Virus record (IMG/VR): IMGVR_UViG_3300026292_000003
Span: 1-64,000 of that record
Length of the DNA stretch: 64,000 nucleotides
Direction: 5' to 3' (one strand)
Shown here in pieces: positions 38,691 to 47,869 of this stretch (position 1 is its first letter; every line of letters starts with the position of its first letter). Below the pieces are notes generated by a model. That model searched no databases, was not told where the DNA came from, and saw only the letters and a program-made list of their open reading frames with translations. The position numbers and the translations under genes are program-made.

Positions 38691-39575
38691 ATGAACAGAC
38701 CTAAGAGACAGTTCTATTTAACTAACAAGGACTTATTAAAAGAGATTCACAAAAGCAAGATGTCTTATTGCTGGACTAAAAATGAAGACTTTTCTCATTT
38801 TGATATTATTGTAGATGATATTAAAAATCTTAAGAAAAGAACAGTAATGGCTGAAGCAAAACAAAATAGAGCATCTAGGTTGCAAAAACAAGCCCACGAA
38901 GCAGAAGTAATAAGATGGGAACAAGGACTTACAGGTAAAAAAACTAAACCAAGAGTAGCTGATTTTGCAGTAGATGTAAAGAGTATCAAAGATTCTGACG
39001 TTGTAGTCAGAGTGATGACTTTTGATCACGTACCAGAAGAGAATAGAAAAAACAAACCAAAAACAGAAGCAGACCTTCATGCAAAGTGTAACTTTCCTCC
39101 ATTCAAGCATTATGCTAAACAAGATGGAGAATGGGAAGAAGTAGCAAGATCACATTGGGAAGGTGGAGTAGATAATGGTCACTTTAATGTAGGCCATGGA
39201 AAAACTAGCGATAATTTAGCTCGTATGTATATCAAGTTATGCGAAAGATATAGTATGCGTGGTAACTGGCGTGGTTATACATATGTGGATGAAATGCGAG
39301 GACAAGCACTATTGCAACTTGCACAAATAGGATTACAATTTAATGAATTAAAAAGTAATAACCCTTTTGCATATTATACTGCCGCAATTAATAATAGTTT
39401 TACTAGAGTATTAAATTTAGAAAAAAGAAGTCAAAATATTAGAGATGACTTATTAGAAGAAGAAGGATTAAATCCTAGTCACACTAGAACATTCAATGCA
39501 CAATGGGAAGCTGACCAGGAAAGAAGAGAGCAAGAAAAAAATAAACCAATTATACCAAGTCCATTATCAAAGTAG
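38691..39575 (+). CDS. gp55: late-transcription sigma factor gp55-like
   Basis: YLTNKDLL; NWRGYTYVDEM; NPFAYYT; directly upstream of gp47/gp46. Confidence 0.85.
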   Translation: MNRPKRQFYLTNKDLLKEIHKSKMSYCWTKNEDFSHFDIIVDDIKNLKKRTVMAEAKQNRASRLQKQAHEAEVIRWEQGLTGKKTKPRVADFAVDVKSIKDSDVVVRVMTFDHVPEENRKNKPKTEADLHAKCNFPPFKHYAKQDGEWEEVARSHWEGGVDNGHFNVGHGKTSDNLARMYIKLCERYSMRGNWRGYTYVDEMRGQALLQLAQIGLQFNELKSNNPFAYYTAAINNSFTRVLNLEKRSQNIRDDLLEEEGLNPSHTRTFNAQWEADQERREQEKNKPIIPSPLSK

Positions 39576-39583
39576 GAGACTAA

Positions 39584-40474
39584 ATGATTACAGTAGTTTA
39601 TGGTACTCATAATGGTACCCAAGATAGTATAGCTTGGTGGTTATGTCACTCTCCTTTTAAAACAGTTGGCCCACAGGTTTATGAAGCTTGTTATTTAAAC
39701 AACGAGTGGAATGGATCTCCTAATGGTTGGAATGGCTTAATCATTGATGAAATAAGACACGAAGAACATACAGAATGTCATAGACTTATGGAAAACATAC
39801 GAGGTGATATTATTGCACCAATGCGTAAGTTTGAAAAAGATTATGATATGTTAATATGGAGTAATTTCTTTGGCGGCTTAAAACATACAGATCAAAAAAT
39901 AGACTGCGATAAACTTATTATATGTGACGAAGACAGATATGAAGATACGTTTCATTATGTAATTACTCATGCATTTAGACCAATAGTAGACAAAAAGAGA
40001 ATAGATGATCAGAGTGAAATATGGTGGATGGATCATAAACTAGTAAATGGTAATGTTACAGATAATTGGAAACAAGTATGGTATGACAGTTACCATCAAC
40101 AGATGCACGATGAATTTCAAAAAGGTAACTTGGTATATATGTGGCAATTAAATTATATGCATTGGGATGTGAATAGTTTAGTTACCGGTAATAATATAAA
40201 ACCAAAACTTGAACCTGCTGATAATTTAAAAAGATTATTATATGAAAAAATAATTGACCGTCACTGGCCAAATAGAACAGACAGAACACTATGGGCTAAT
40301 CCGGGTGCGTTGTATATAAGAGACCCAAAATGGTTTGACAATGATACAATGATACTTGATTATTTAGAAATTGATAAAAGTGAAAAACTTACAGAAACAC
40401 TTGACAAATACAAATATGAGTATACAATAAGACGTGACTGGTTTGATTCATTAGTTAAGAAAACCTTAAGCTAG
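39584..40474 (+). CDS. hypothetical protein
   Basis: 296-aa Trp-rich ORF with AGGAG RBS. Confidence 0.8.
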   Translation: MITVVYGTHNGTQDSIAWWLCHSPFKTVGPQVYEACYLNNEWNGSPNGWNGLIIDEIRHEEHTECHRLMENIRGDIIAPMRKFEKDYDMLIWSNFFGGLKHTDQKIDCDKLIICDEDRYEDTFHYVITHAFRPIVDKKRIDDQSEIWWMDHKLVNGNVTDNWKQVWYDSYHQQMHDEFQKGNLVYMWQLNYMHWDVNSLVTGNNIKPKLEPADNLKRLLYEKIIDRHWPNRTDRTLWANPGALYIRDPKWFDNDTMILDYLEIDKSEKLTETLDKYKYEYTIRRDWFDSLVKKTLS

Positions 40475-40482
40475 GAGAATGA

Positions 40483-41505
40483 ATGTTTTTTGAAAAAGCA
40501 ATGATGTTTACCGATATTCATTTCGGTATGAAAAATAATAGTAGGCATCACAATCAAGACTGTGAAGACTTTATTATATGGATGATTGATGAAGCTAAGA
40601 AAAGAGGCATAAAAAAATGTTTCTTCTTAGGTGATTGGCATCATAATCGAGCAAGTATTAACGTTAGTACGTTAAACTATACAACAAGTAATTTACGTAG
40701 GCTAAATGATAACTTTGAACAAGTTATTATGATTACTGGTAATCACGATCTCTATTATAGAGAGAAACGTGAAATCCATAGTTTGTCTATGATTGAAGAT
40801 TTTAAAAATATAACCATGATTAATGACAAACCATTAATAGAAGGTGATGTAGCATTTATTCCTTGGTTATGTGATGATGAATGGAAAAGTTTAAGAAAAA
40901 TTAAATGCAAATATATGTTTGGTCACTTTGAGTTACCAAAGTTTCTTATGAATGCATTAGTTGAAATGCCTAACACAGGTGGATTGCAAGTAGAAGATTT
41001 AGCTGGTCCTGAATTAGTATTCAGTGGTCACTTTCATAAAAGACAGCAAATGAACAATGTAGTTTATATGGGAAATGCTTTCCCACACAACTATGCAGAT
41101 GCCTGGGACGACGATAGAGGTGCTATGATATTAGATTGGTCTGGAAATATGGAATATTTAAAATGGCCAGATGCACCAAAATATAGAACATTATCATTGA
41201 GTAAACTTATTGATGATCCAGACAAGTATCTTTCAGATAAAACATATTGTAGGGTTACACTAGACGTTGGTATAACATATGAAGAAGCAAACTTTATTAA
41301 AGAAACGTTTGCTAAACAATATAATTTAAGAGAGATAGCTCTTATGCCAAGTAAAAAAGAAGAACATACAAATGATTGGAACAAGGGTGTAGATATACAA
41401 GTAGAGAATGTTGATCAAATTGTTTTAAATCAATTAGAATCAGTACAAAGCGATACAATCAAAAAAGAATTATTAGTAGACATATACAGAGGGCTTGAAC
41501 GATAA
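40483..41505 (+). CDS. gp47: recombination nuclease subunit gp47 (Mre11/SbcD)
   Basis: DIHFG, GDWHH, GNHD, GHFE, SGHFH phosphoesterase motifs. Confidence 0.95.
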   Translation: MFFEKAMMFTDIHFGMKNNSRHHNQDCEDFIIWMIDEAKKRGIKKCFFLGDWHHNRASINVSTLNYTTSNLRRLNDNFEQVIMITGNHDLYYREKREIHSLSMIEDFKNITMINDKPLIEGDVAFIPWLCDDEWKSLRKIKCKYMFGHFELPKFLMNALVEMPNTGGLQVEDLAGPELVFSGHFHKRQQMNNVVYMGNAFPHNYADAWDDDRGAMILDWSGNMEYLKWPDAPKYRTLSLSKLIDDPDKYLSDKTYCRVTLDVGITYEEANFIKETFAKQYNLREIALMPSKKEEHTNDWNKGVDIQVENVDQIVLNQLESVQSDTIKKELLVDIYRGLER

Positions 41506-41506
41506 T

Positions 41507-43282
41507 ATGTTAAAAATTAAAAACATCACCGTAAAAAACTTTATGAGTGTGGGTAATGTCACACAGGCTGTTCATTTTGATAAACACGGCCTTACACTTG
41601 TACTAGGTAATAACATTGATTTAGGTGGAGATGGTTCACGTAATGGTACAGGTAAAACAACAATTATTAATGCGTTAAGTTATGCGTTATATGGCAATGC
41701 ACTTTATAATATTAAAAAAGATAATCTAGTTAACAAAACTAACAACAAAGCAATGATGGTTACTGTTGACTTTGAAAAAGATGGTATAGCATATAGAATC
41801 GAAAGAGGGCGTAAGCCAAATACATTTAGATTTTTAGTAAACAATCAAGATACAACAGAAGGTATCACTGATGAGATGCAAGGCGAGGGTAGACAAAGCC
41901 AAGCAGTAATTGAACAACACTTGGGTATGACTCATACAATGTTTAAACACATTGTGGCTCTTAACACATATACAGATCCTTTTTTAAGTATGAGAGCAAA
42001 CGATCAACGTGAAATGATTGAACAGTTATTAGGTATTACAAAGTTAAGTGAGAAAGCAGACATACTAAAAGAACTTTCAAAGAATACCAGAGACAAAATT
42101 ACAGAAGAAACATATAAAATAAAAGGTATAGAAGAAGCTAACGAAAGAATTAATAGCAGTATTAAAGATTTAGAACGTAGACAAACACAATGGACACTAA
42201 AACGTGATCAACGTTTAGATGAATCTAAACAAGAAATACAAGTGTTAGAACATATTGATATTGATAAAGAATTACAAGCTCATGAAGATTTTACAAAGTT
42301 TACAGAAAAGAGAAATCAAATTGATACACTAAACGCAGAAATTGCTAAACTTGTTACTGCTATTGAACGTGAAACAAAACGTAGAGACAAAGCACAACAA
42401 GATTTAGATCATGCAAAAGATCATAAGTGTTATGCGTGTGGGCAAGAAATACACGACGAGCAACACGATAAAATTGTTACTGCAAAAACTGAAGCAGTAA
42501 ATGAATGTCAAGAGATTATTAACGAAGACGAAAAGTTATTAAAAGATTACAAAGCAGGATTAGAACAAATTGGGGAACTTGGTGATTCTCCTAGAACGGA
42601 ATATAATAGTTTACAAGAAGCATATGAACATCAAAATAAAATTAAAGAATTGAAATATGATTTAACAAATGCAGAAAACGAAGTTAATCCTTATGCAGAA
42701 CAAATTGAATCACTTAAAGCAACAGGATTACAAGAAGTTGATTGGGCAGAAGTAAACAGATTAACAGAATTAAAAGAACACCAAGACTTTTTAATGAAGC
42801 TACTTACAAACAAAGATAGTTTCATACGTAAAAAGATTATTGAACAAAACTTGCAGTTCTTAAACACAAGGCTTGAATATTATATTACAAGACTTGGACT
42901 ACCACACGAAGTACAGTTTCAAAGTGACTTAACAGTTACAATTACACAACTAGGTCAAGACTTAGACTTTGATAATTTAAGTAGAGGTGAACGTAATAGA
43001 CTTATACTTGGATTAAGCTGGAGTTTTAGAGATGTATTTGAAAGTATGAATCATCCTATTAACTTATTATGTATTGACGAACTTGTTGATAGTGGTATGG
43101 ATACTATCGGAGTAGAGAGTGCATTAGGTATTCTTAAAAAGATGGAAAGAGATAGAGGCAAGAATGTATTACTAGTTTCTCATAGAGATGAGTTAGTAGG
43201 TAGAGTAGGTAGTGTGCTTCAGGTTGTAAAAGAAAATGGGTTTACTACATTTAATACCGAGATAGAAGTAATTGACGCATAA
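41507..43282 (+). CDS. gp46: recombination ATPase gp46 (Rad50/SbcC)
   Basis: NGTGKTT Walker A, CYACGQ zinc hook, LSRGE signature, IDELVD Walker B. Confidence 0.95.
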   Translation: MLKIKNITVKNFMSVGNVTQAVHFDKHGLTLVLGNNIDLGGDGSRNGTGKTTIINALSYALYGNALYNIKKDNLVNKTNNKAMMVTVDFEKDGIAYRIERGRKPNTFRFLVNNQDTTEGITDEMQGEGRQSQAVIEQHLGMTHTMFKHIVALNTYTDPFLSMRANDQREMIEQLLGITKLSEKADILKELSKNTRDKITEETYKIKGIEEANERINSSIKDLERRQTQWTLKRDQRLDESKQEIQVLEHIDIDKELQAHEDFTKFTEKRNQIDTLNAEIAKLVTAIERETKRRDKAQQDLDHAKDHKCYACGQEIHDEQHDKIVTAKTEAVNECQEIINEDEKLLKDYKAGLEQIGELGDSPRTEYNSLQEAYEHQNKIKELKYDLTNAENEVNPYAEQIESLKATGLQEVDWAEVNRLTELKEHQDFLMKLLTNKDSFIRKKIIEQNLQFLNTRLEYYITRLGLPHEVQFQSDLTVTITQLGQDLDFDNLSRGERNRLILGLSWSFRDVFESMNHPINLLCIDELVDSGMDTIGVESALGILKKMERDRGKNVLLVSHRDELVGRVGSVLQVVKENGFTTFNTEIEVIDA

Positions 43283-43707
43283 TGATAGATTGGACTTACA
43301 AAGGTGAAGTGGTAACAGAAATTCCAACAGGCGTTGAAGGATTTGTATATTTAATTACAAATACTACAAATAATAAAAAGTATATAGGTAAGAAGTTAGC
43401 AAAGTTTAAAACAACTAAACCACCTCTTAAAGGTAAAAAGAATAAAAGACGTGGAACAAAAGAAAGTGATTGGAGGGACTATTGGGGTTCTTCAGATCAT
43501 TTAAATGCTGATGTATTAAAGCTGGGTGAAGATAAGTTTACCAAAGAAATACTGCATTATTGTCCTAGTAAAGGCGTGTTAAGCTATATGGAAGCAAAAG
43601 AACAGTTTGATCGTAAAGTACTAGAAACAGACGAATACTACAATGGAATCATTAATGTAAGAGTAGGAAGTTCAAAAATTCTTACAGAACATCTGAAAAA
43701 AGGTTGA
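43282..43707 (+). CDS. small GIY-YIG nuclease
   Basis: GFVYLITN..KKYIGKK, YWGSS, conserved E and YYN; catalytic domain only. Confidence 0.85.
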   Translation: MIDWTYKGEVVTEIPTGVEGFVYLITNTTNNKKYIGKKLAKFKTTKPPLKGKKNKRRGTKESDWRDYWGSSDHLNADVLKLGEDKFTKEILHYCPSKGVLSYMEAKEQFDRKVLETDEYYNGIINVRVGSSKILTEHLKKG

Positions 43708-43732
43708 CAATGTTATCAATCTTTGTTATATT
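43704..43732 (+). promoter_or_regulatory. sigma70 promoter driving a non-coding region
   Basis: TTGACA-17nt-TATATT with TG extended -10, overlapping the GIY-YIG stop codon. Confidence 0.8.
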
Positions 43733-43738
43733 ATTGAA

Positions 43739-44260
43739 AATTGGGGTTTTTAACGCATAAACCAGCGAATAATTAAAACATCATATAATTACAAGTAACA
43801 ATTCCCAATAAAAAGCAAAACAGACTTAAAGTCAGACAATTACCGGCAAAACATTTCAATACTAATATAGGCATCAAGGCTCCGTTTGGTCGTCATAAGT
43901 CGACTCACCTTGAGGTCACGTTTCACGTGATCGGATTCTGGTGTTGCCAAAAAACGTCAATGCACTGATTTGACAAATCAAAAAGATCAAGCTCTCCTGA
44001 CACTTGGAACTTGAGGATAGTCCGAAGTTGATAATATAGCAACGGATGTTTCTGCGTTAGTAAAGCAGTATGTAATAAGGGTACCGCGTAACCGCCCTTC
44101 CTAGGTGCTAATCTAGGTTTACTATATTATTGTGTGTATGCTTCTCGGTGAAGAACATTATTTACACTTGGCCTGCGGAAGGCGAAGTGTGAATAAAACA
44201 TCTGGTGAAGTAGCAAGTATTCTACTAACATAAATACTATTACAAAATTTTGCTTTTCTA
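43739..44260 (+). ncRNA. putative large structured non-coding RNA (~520 nt)
   Basis: ORF-free; own promoter; long-range helices 43811-20/44248-57, 44031-39/44122-30, 44043-51/44196-204 and many local hairpins. Confidence 0.55.
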
Positions 44261-44351
44261 GACAGCGATAGCTAATACATCGAGTTTGACGCAGTCAAAC
44301 GAAGATGGTGATGTCGTAGACATCAATTACCTGACAAGCAAGAAAGAAACA

Positions 44352-44810
44352 ATGAACTTCGACGACTTTATTAACAAATTCATACAATGGACTGAAGATA
44401 CGATAGAAAAGCCTCGTTCTGACTTAGATGCCCAACCTATATGTCCATTTGCACGTAAAGCCAGATTGCAAAAGAAAATCCAGTTCTTGGATGCACGTAA
44501 ATCCCTAGATGAAATAAAAACGTTTGATAAAGAAAACTTTGAGATTGGTATTGCCTGGTTAGGTGATATAGATGACATTAGTCCTGTAGAAAAATTTTGC
44601 GAAGAACATATGGAAGCCAATCCTGACTTATTACTTTTTACAAGTACACGTAATAGTGGACACTTTGCAAAAAACTTTACGGATTGTGTGTTTGTTCAAT
44701 TAAAAGGTGATATACTTAAGAAACGTAAGTATTTAAAAACTACTAATTATTATGATAATTGGCCTGCAGAGTATTATAAATTAATTACCGGCGACCAGAA
44801 GCCTGTTTAG
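44352..44810 (+). CDS. hypothetical protein (CPFA motif, DUF1415-like)
   Basis: W..D.IE..PICPFAR; ATG 44352 preferred over TTG 44286; late promoter CATAAATA at 44229-44236. Confidence 0.65.
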   Translation: MNFDDFINKFIQWTEDTIEKPRSDLDAQPICPFARKARLQKKIQFLDARKSLDEIKTFDKENFEIGIAWLGDIDDISPVEKFCEEHMEANPDLLLFTSTRNSGHFAKNFTDCVFVQLKGDILKKRKYLKTTNYYDNWPAEYYKLITGDQKPV

Positions 44811-45026
44811 TTTGCTTGTTCAATTCCTCAATCCTATTATTCATTCTATCAACTAATAACTTTATACTGTTCACAGGCATAGTCATTATGTCTTGATAAC
44901 TGAAAGAACCTTCAGATCGAATTACTATGTCGATATAGTTTGATTCAGTCTTGTCGTGATCTTTGTTATAACGTTCAACAATTTTAATAATTTCTTCGGG
45001 TTGACGAGAAGCTATCAACCCACGAA
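44785..45026 (-). CDS. gp51-like tail/baseplate assembly chaperone extension, likely reached by -1 frameshift from the upstream gene
   Basis: GSFSYQDIMTMP motif; reading frame overlaps the end of the gp26-like gene at A_AAT_TTT_TTC. Confidence 0.55.
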
Positions 45027-45842
45027 AAAATTTGCAATATCCAAGTCCACACCAGTTTTCCATTCATGTTGACATTCTTGACACTTTGCGTTAAACGCAG
45101 TTTCAAGACCTGATTCGCTGAGTTCTTCAACTTTAGCTTTTATTAGATCATAATCTTTTTTGGTTATATTTTGTAACCATTCTTTGATCATTTCTTTATC
45201 AACGATTGCTTCTCCGTTTGCATTAACACTACTAATACTGTTAGTGATTAAAGCAACTGTAAGTTCTGCAATCTCTACAAATGTTTTACCAAACAACTCT
45301 TGCCTTGCCTGGTCATCTAATTTTGCGTCAGCTAAACTAGCAATCATTTTTTGCTGTTTAATTTGTTGTACTTGCAATGTAGTTCTGTCATTTAATGTAT
45401 AAGGATTACAAGTAACTTTAATGTCGTCTTGTATAATACATTCTTGATCTGAACTAGTTGACTTTGTGTTAGATAACATAGCACTTGCGTCAAGTGTTAA
45501 TTGATTTTGGTGTTCGCATTTAGGACACTTAACATCAATGTCAACGTCCTTGCCGAAACTTGCCTGTCTAATCCCAACTAGTATGACTAATAAATCACTG
45601 ACCGGCATATCGTTTGGATTTTGAATATCCGGACAACAACTTTTAATCAAACTTACTGTGGCTTCTCCGTTAAACAGAGCATCCGGTGTCTTGGTTATAA
45701 GTTCATCCCTTGCTGTCATCGCATATACTGCCAGTTCGTTATCTGCTGAAAGTTTTGGTTTATCCTTATAGAATCTACCGCCACTTGGCAATGTAACGTA
45801 CATATTAGGCTTTCGATATGCTTGAATTAATGGGTTTGTCAT
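45015..45842 (-). CDS. gp26: baseplate hub assembly/tail chaperone gp26-like
   Basis: YVTLPSGG..MTARDE..L..IRQASFG..CPKC..CQEC..ANFF; GGAG RBS before ATG 45842. Confidence 0.75.
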   Translation of the reverse strand: MTNPLIQAYRKPNMYVTLPSGGRFYKDKPKLSADNELAVYAMTARDELITKTPDALFNGEATVSLIKSCCPDIQNPNDMPVSDLLVILVGIRQASFGKDVDIDVKCPKCEHQNQLTLDASAMLSNTKSTSSDQECIIQDDIKVTCNPYTLNDRTTLQVQQIKQQKMIASLADAKLDDQARQELFGKTFVEIAELTVALITNSISSVNANGEAIVDKEMIKEWLQNITKKDYDLIKAKVEELSESGLETAFNAKCQECQHEWKTGVDLDIANFFVG

Positions 45843-45885
45843 TAGTTTCTCCAATTTATACATTATAGTATACTTTAATGAATAC

Positions 45886-45917
45886 CATAAATACTGTATA
45901 TTACAAGTGTATTTATA
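45886..45917. promoter_or_regulatory. face-to-face T4-type late promoters
   Basis: CATAAATA (+, 45886-93) and TATAAATA (-, 45910-17). Confidence 0.7.
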
Positions 45918-45943
45918 CGAATTAAAACACCAGAAAATGAGCT

Positions 45944-47869
45944 ATGCAAGAATATTTTGATAACCTAGTAAAAAACTACCCTTGGGCAACCGAGGAAACG
46001 TTAGAAATGTTAAATTCGGAATTAACCGAAGGTAATATGACTATCGCAAAAGTAGCGGCAATAATAGGTGATGGCTCAAAAGCCGTACAAGTTGATAGAG
46101 CAAAAAACAAATCAAGTGACGCAAAAAAGAAAGCAAAAACTGCTCAACAACACGTAGAAGGTGGTTTAAAAGAAACTAGTGGTATGCTAAAGAAAGTTAT
46201 GAGTAATGCTGAACCAGCCAATGCTATAGCAGAATTATCACACGAAGTATCTAAGATATTATATAATGCAGGTGCTACAGTTGGTAACTTTTTAGGACCA
46301 GCGGCAGGTAAAATTGGAAAAGGTGTACAGATGGCAACTAAAGCAGGTGGGTACGCAATGGTAACTGCAACAGGTCTTGGAGTAATTTATGCAAAACTTT
46401 TAACAGAGCAAGACAAGTATGCAAGACAATTAATTAATTATGGTTCAGTAGTTTCTGATGTTGACTTATATACAACCTTAAGATCTTCTATAAGAGGATT
46501 AGGTATGGGTTTTAAAATGTATGCAGATGTTACAGAATCAGCATTACCATTTATTATAGCATCAGAAGGAGATGTGTTTAAAGGACAAATAGCATTGTCG
46601 CAATTTTTACAAGATATTAATAACAATGAAGCATTTAGTGATTTTGGAATGACTATACAACAACAGTCACAGTTTATGGCACAAGAAGCAGAGACACTTT
46701 ATCAGTTAGGTGAACTTGATAAGATGGATCAAAAAGGACAGAGTACTATAATTAATGCATTTGAAGGTGCAAATAAGTTAGGATTGTTTATGGCAGATAG
46801 TTTAGGACAATCACGTATGGATACTCTTAAATTAAGAGAAGAAGCACGTACTACTTTTGATCTAACAACTGGTCTATTACAAAATGCTCAGTTTATAAAT
46901 GAAAACCTTGGCGAACAAGCATCAGCTAATATACAGGCGGCAACAGGATATTTTGCACCATTGATGCAGGCAACGTTTGGGGACGAGTTTAGAGAAGCCT
47001 TTCAAAAATCAGTAGAAGGTACAGTAGGAGATATATCTTTTGATCAGGACGCAATGAACAACATTCCACAAGAGTTTAAAGAAAAATTACAAACACTAGG
47101 ACCAGGTGTTTTACAAATGTATGAGAAAATGGTAGAAGATACTGCTACAGGAAAAATTGCAACACCAGCTGAAGCAGTAAGAAGACAACAAGAATTTGTT
47201 AAGTTAATAGAAAAACAGGCTAGAAAGTTAGGAGGAGATAGTGAGTTATTTAATTGGGTTAATACAATAATATCACAAGCAAAAGTAATTCCAGATTCTT
47301 TCTATACAGCAGATCCAGATGAAATAACAGATCCTGATTATTACAAAAGTATAACCGAAGGTGCAGATTCTTCTATTGATGCAATAGATCAATTCTCAGT
47401 AACATTTCAAAATATACAAGAAGTGTTAACACCAGGATTTGGTACTATAGGAAAATCAGCAGATTTTTTAACAAAGAACTTATTAAGATTTGGTGGTGCA
47501 GTAAGTGGATTCTTTGGAGGAAGTGAATCTTTTAATAAAATTTATAATGAAGAAGTGCAACAACAAATTAATGATCATTTAGCAGTAGTAACAGAGAAAA
47601 ATATAGATGCAACAATACAAGCGGCATCGGCTAATATAGATAACTTTAAAAAACAAAAAGAACAACTGTTAGAAGATGTAGAGACAGCTAAAAATGAGTC
47701 AGAAGATGGAACACTATCTGCAGATGATCAAGCAATAGTTGATCAAAACCTAAGAGTATTAGACGAACAACTAAATCAATATAGAAATTATCATAAACAA
47801 TTATTAGAGAAGAAAAAACAATTTGCTATGAAAGAAGCTGAAACAGACGGAATGGAGACTGGAGACTAA
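45944..47869 (+). CDS. tape-measure-like protein 1
   Basis: Helical A/G/Q/K-rich sequence with PWATEETL motif; next to the tail chaperone. Confidence 0.6.
   Translation: MQEYFDNLVKNYPWATEETLEMLNSELTEGNMTIAKVAAIIGDGSKAVQVDRAKNKSSDAKKKAKTAQQHVEGGLKETSGMLKKVMSNAEPANAIAELSHEVSKILYNAGATVGNFLGPAAGKIGKGVQMATKAGGYAMVTATGLGVIYAKLLTEQDKYARQLINYGSVVSDVDLYTTLRSSIRGLGMGFKMYADVTESALPFIIASEGDVFKGQIALSQFLQDINNNEAFSDFGMTIQQQSQFMAQEAETLYQLGELDKMDQKGQSTIINAFEGANKLGLFMADSLGQSRMDTLKLREEARTTFDLTTGLLQNAQFINENLGEQASANIQAATGYFAPLMQATFGDEFREAFQKSVEGTVGDISFDQDAMNNIPQEFKEKLQTLGPGVLQMYEKMVEDTATGKIATPAEAVRRQQEFVKLIEKQARKLGGDSELFNWVNTIISQAKVIPDSFYTADPDEITDPDYYKSITEGADSSIDAIDQFSVTFQNIQEVLTPGFGTIGKSADFLTKNLLRFGGAVSGFFGGSESFNKIYNEEVQQQINDHLAVVTEKNIDATIQAASANIDNFKKQKEQLLEDVETAKNESEDGTLSADDQAIVDQNLRVLDEQLNQYRNYHKQLLEKKKQFAMKEAETDGMETGD

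Noticed and set aside
44012-44025. GAGGATAGTCCGA resembles the group I intron S element (AAGAUAUAGUCC)
   Set aside because: No matching R element (GACUA) or P7 partner in the right place, no interrupted gene on the flanks, and the region has its own promoter.
44286-44351. TTG-start N-terminal extension of the CPFA-motif protein
   Set aside because: Overlaps the palindromic hairpins; ATG 44352 is the more plausible start.
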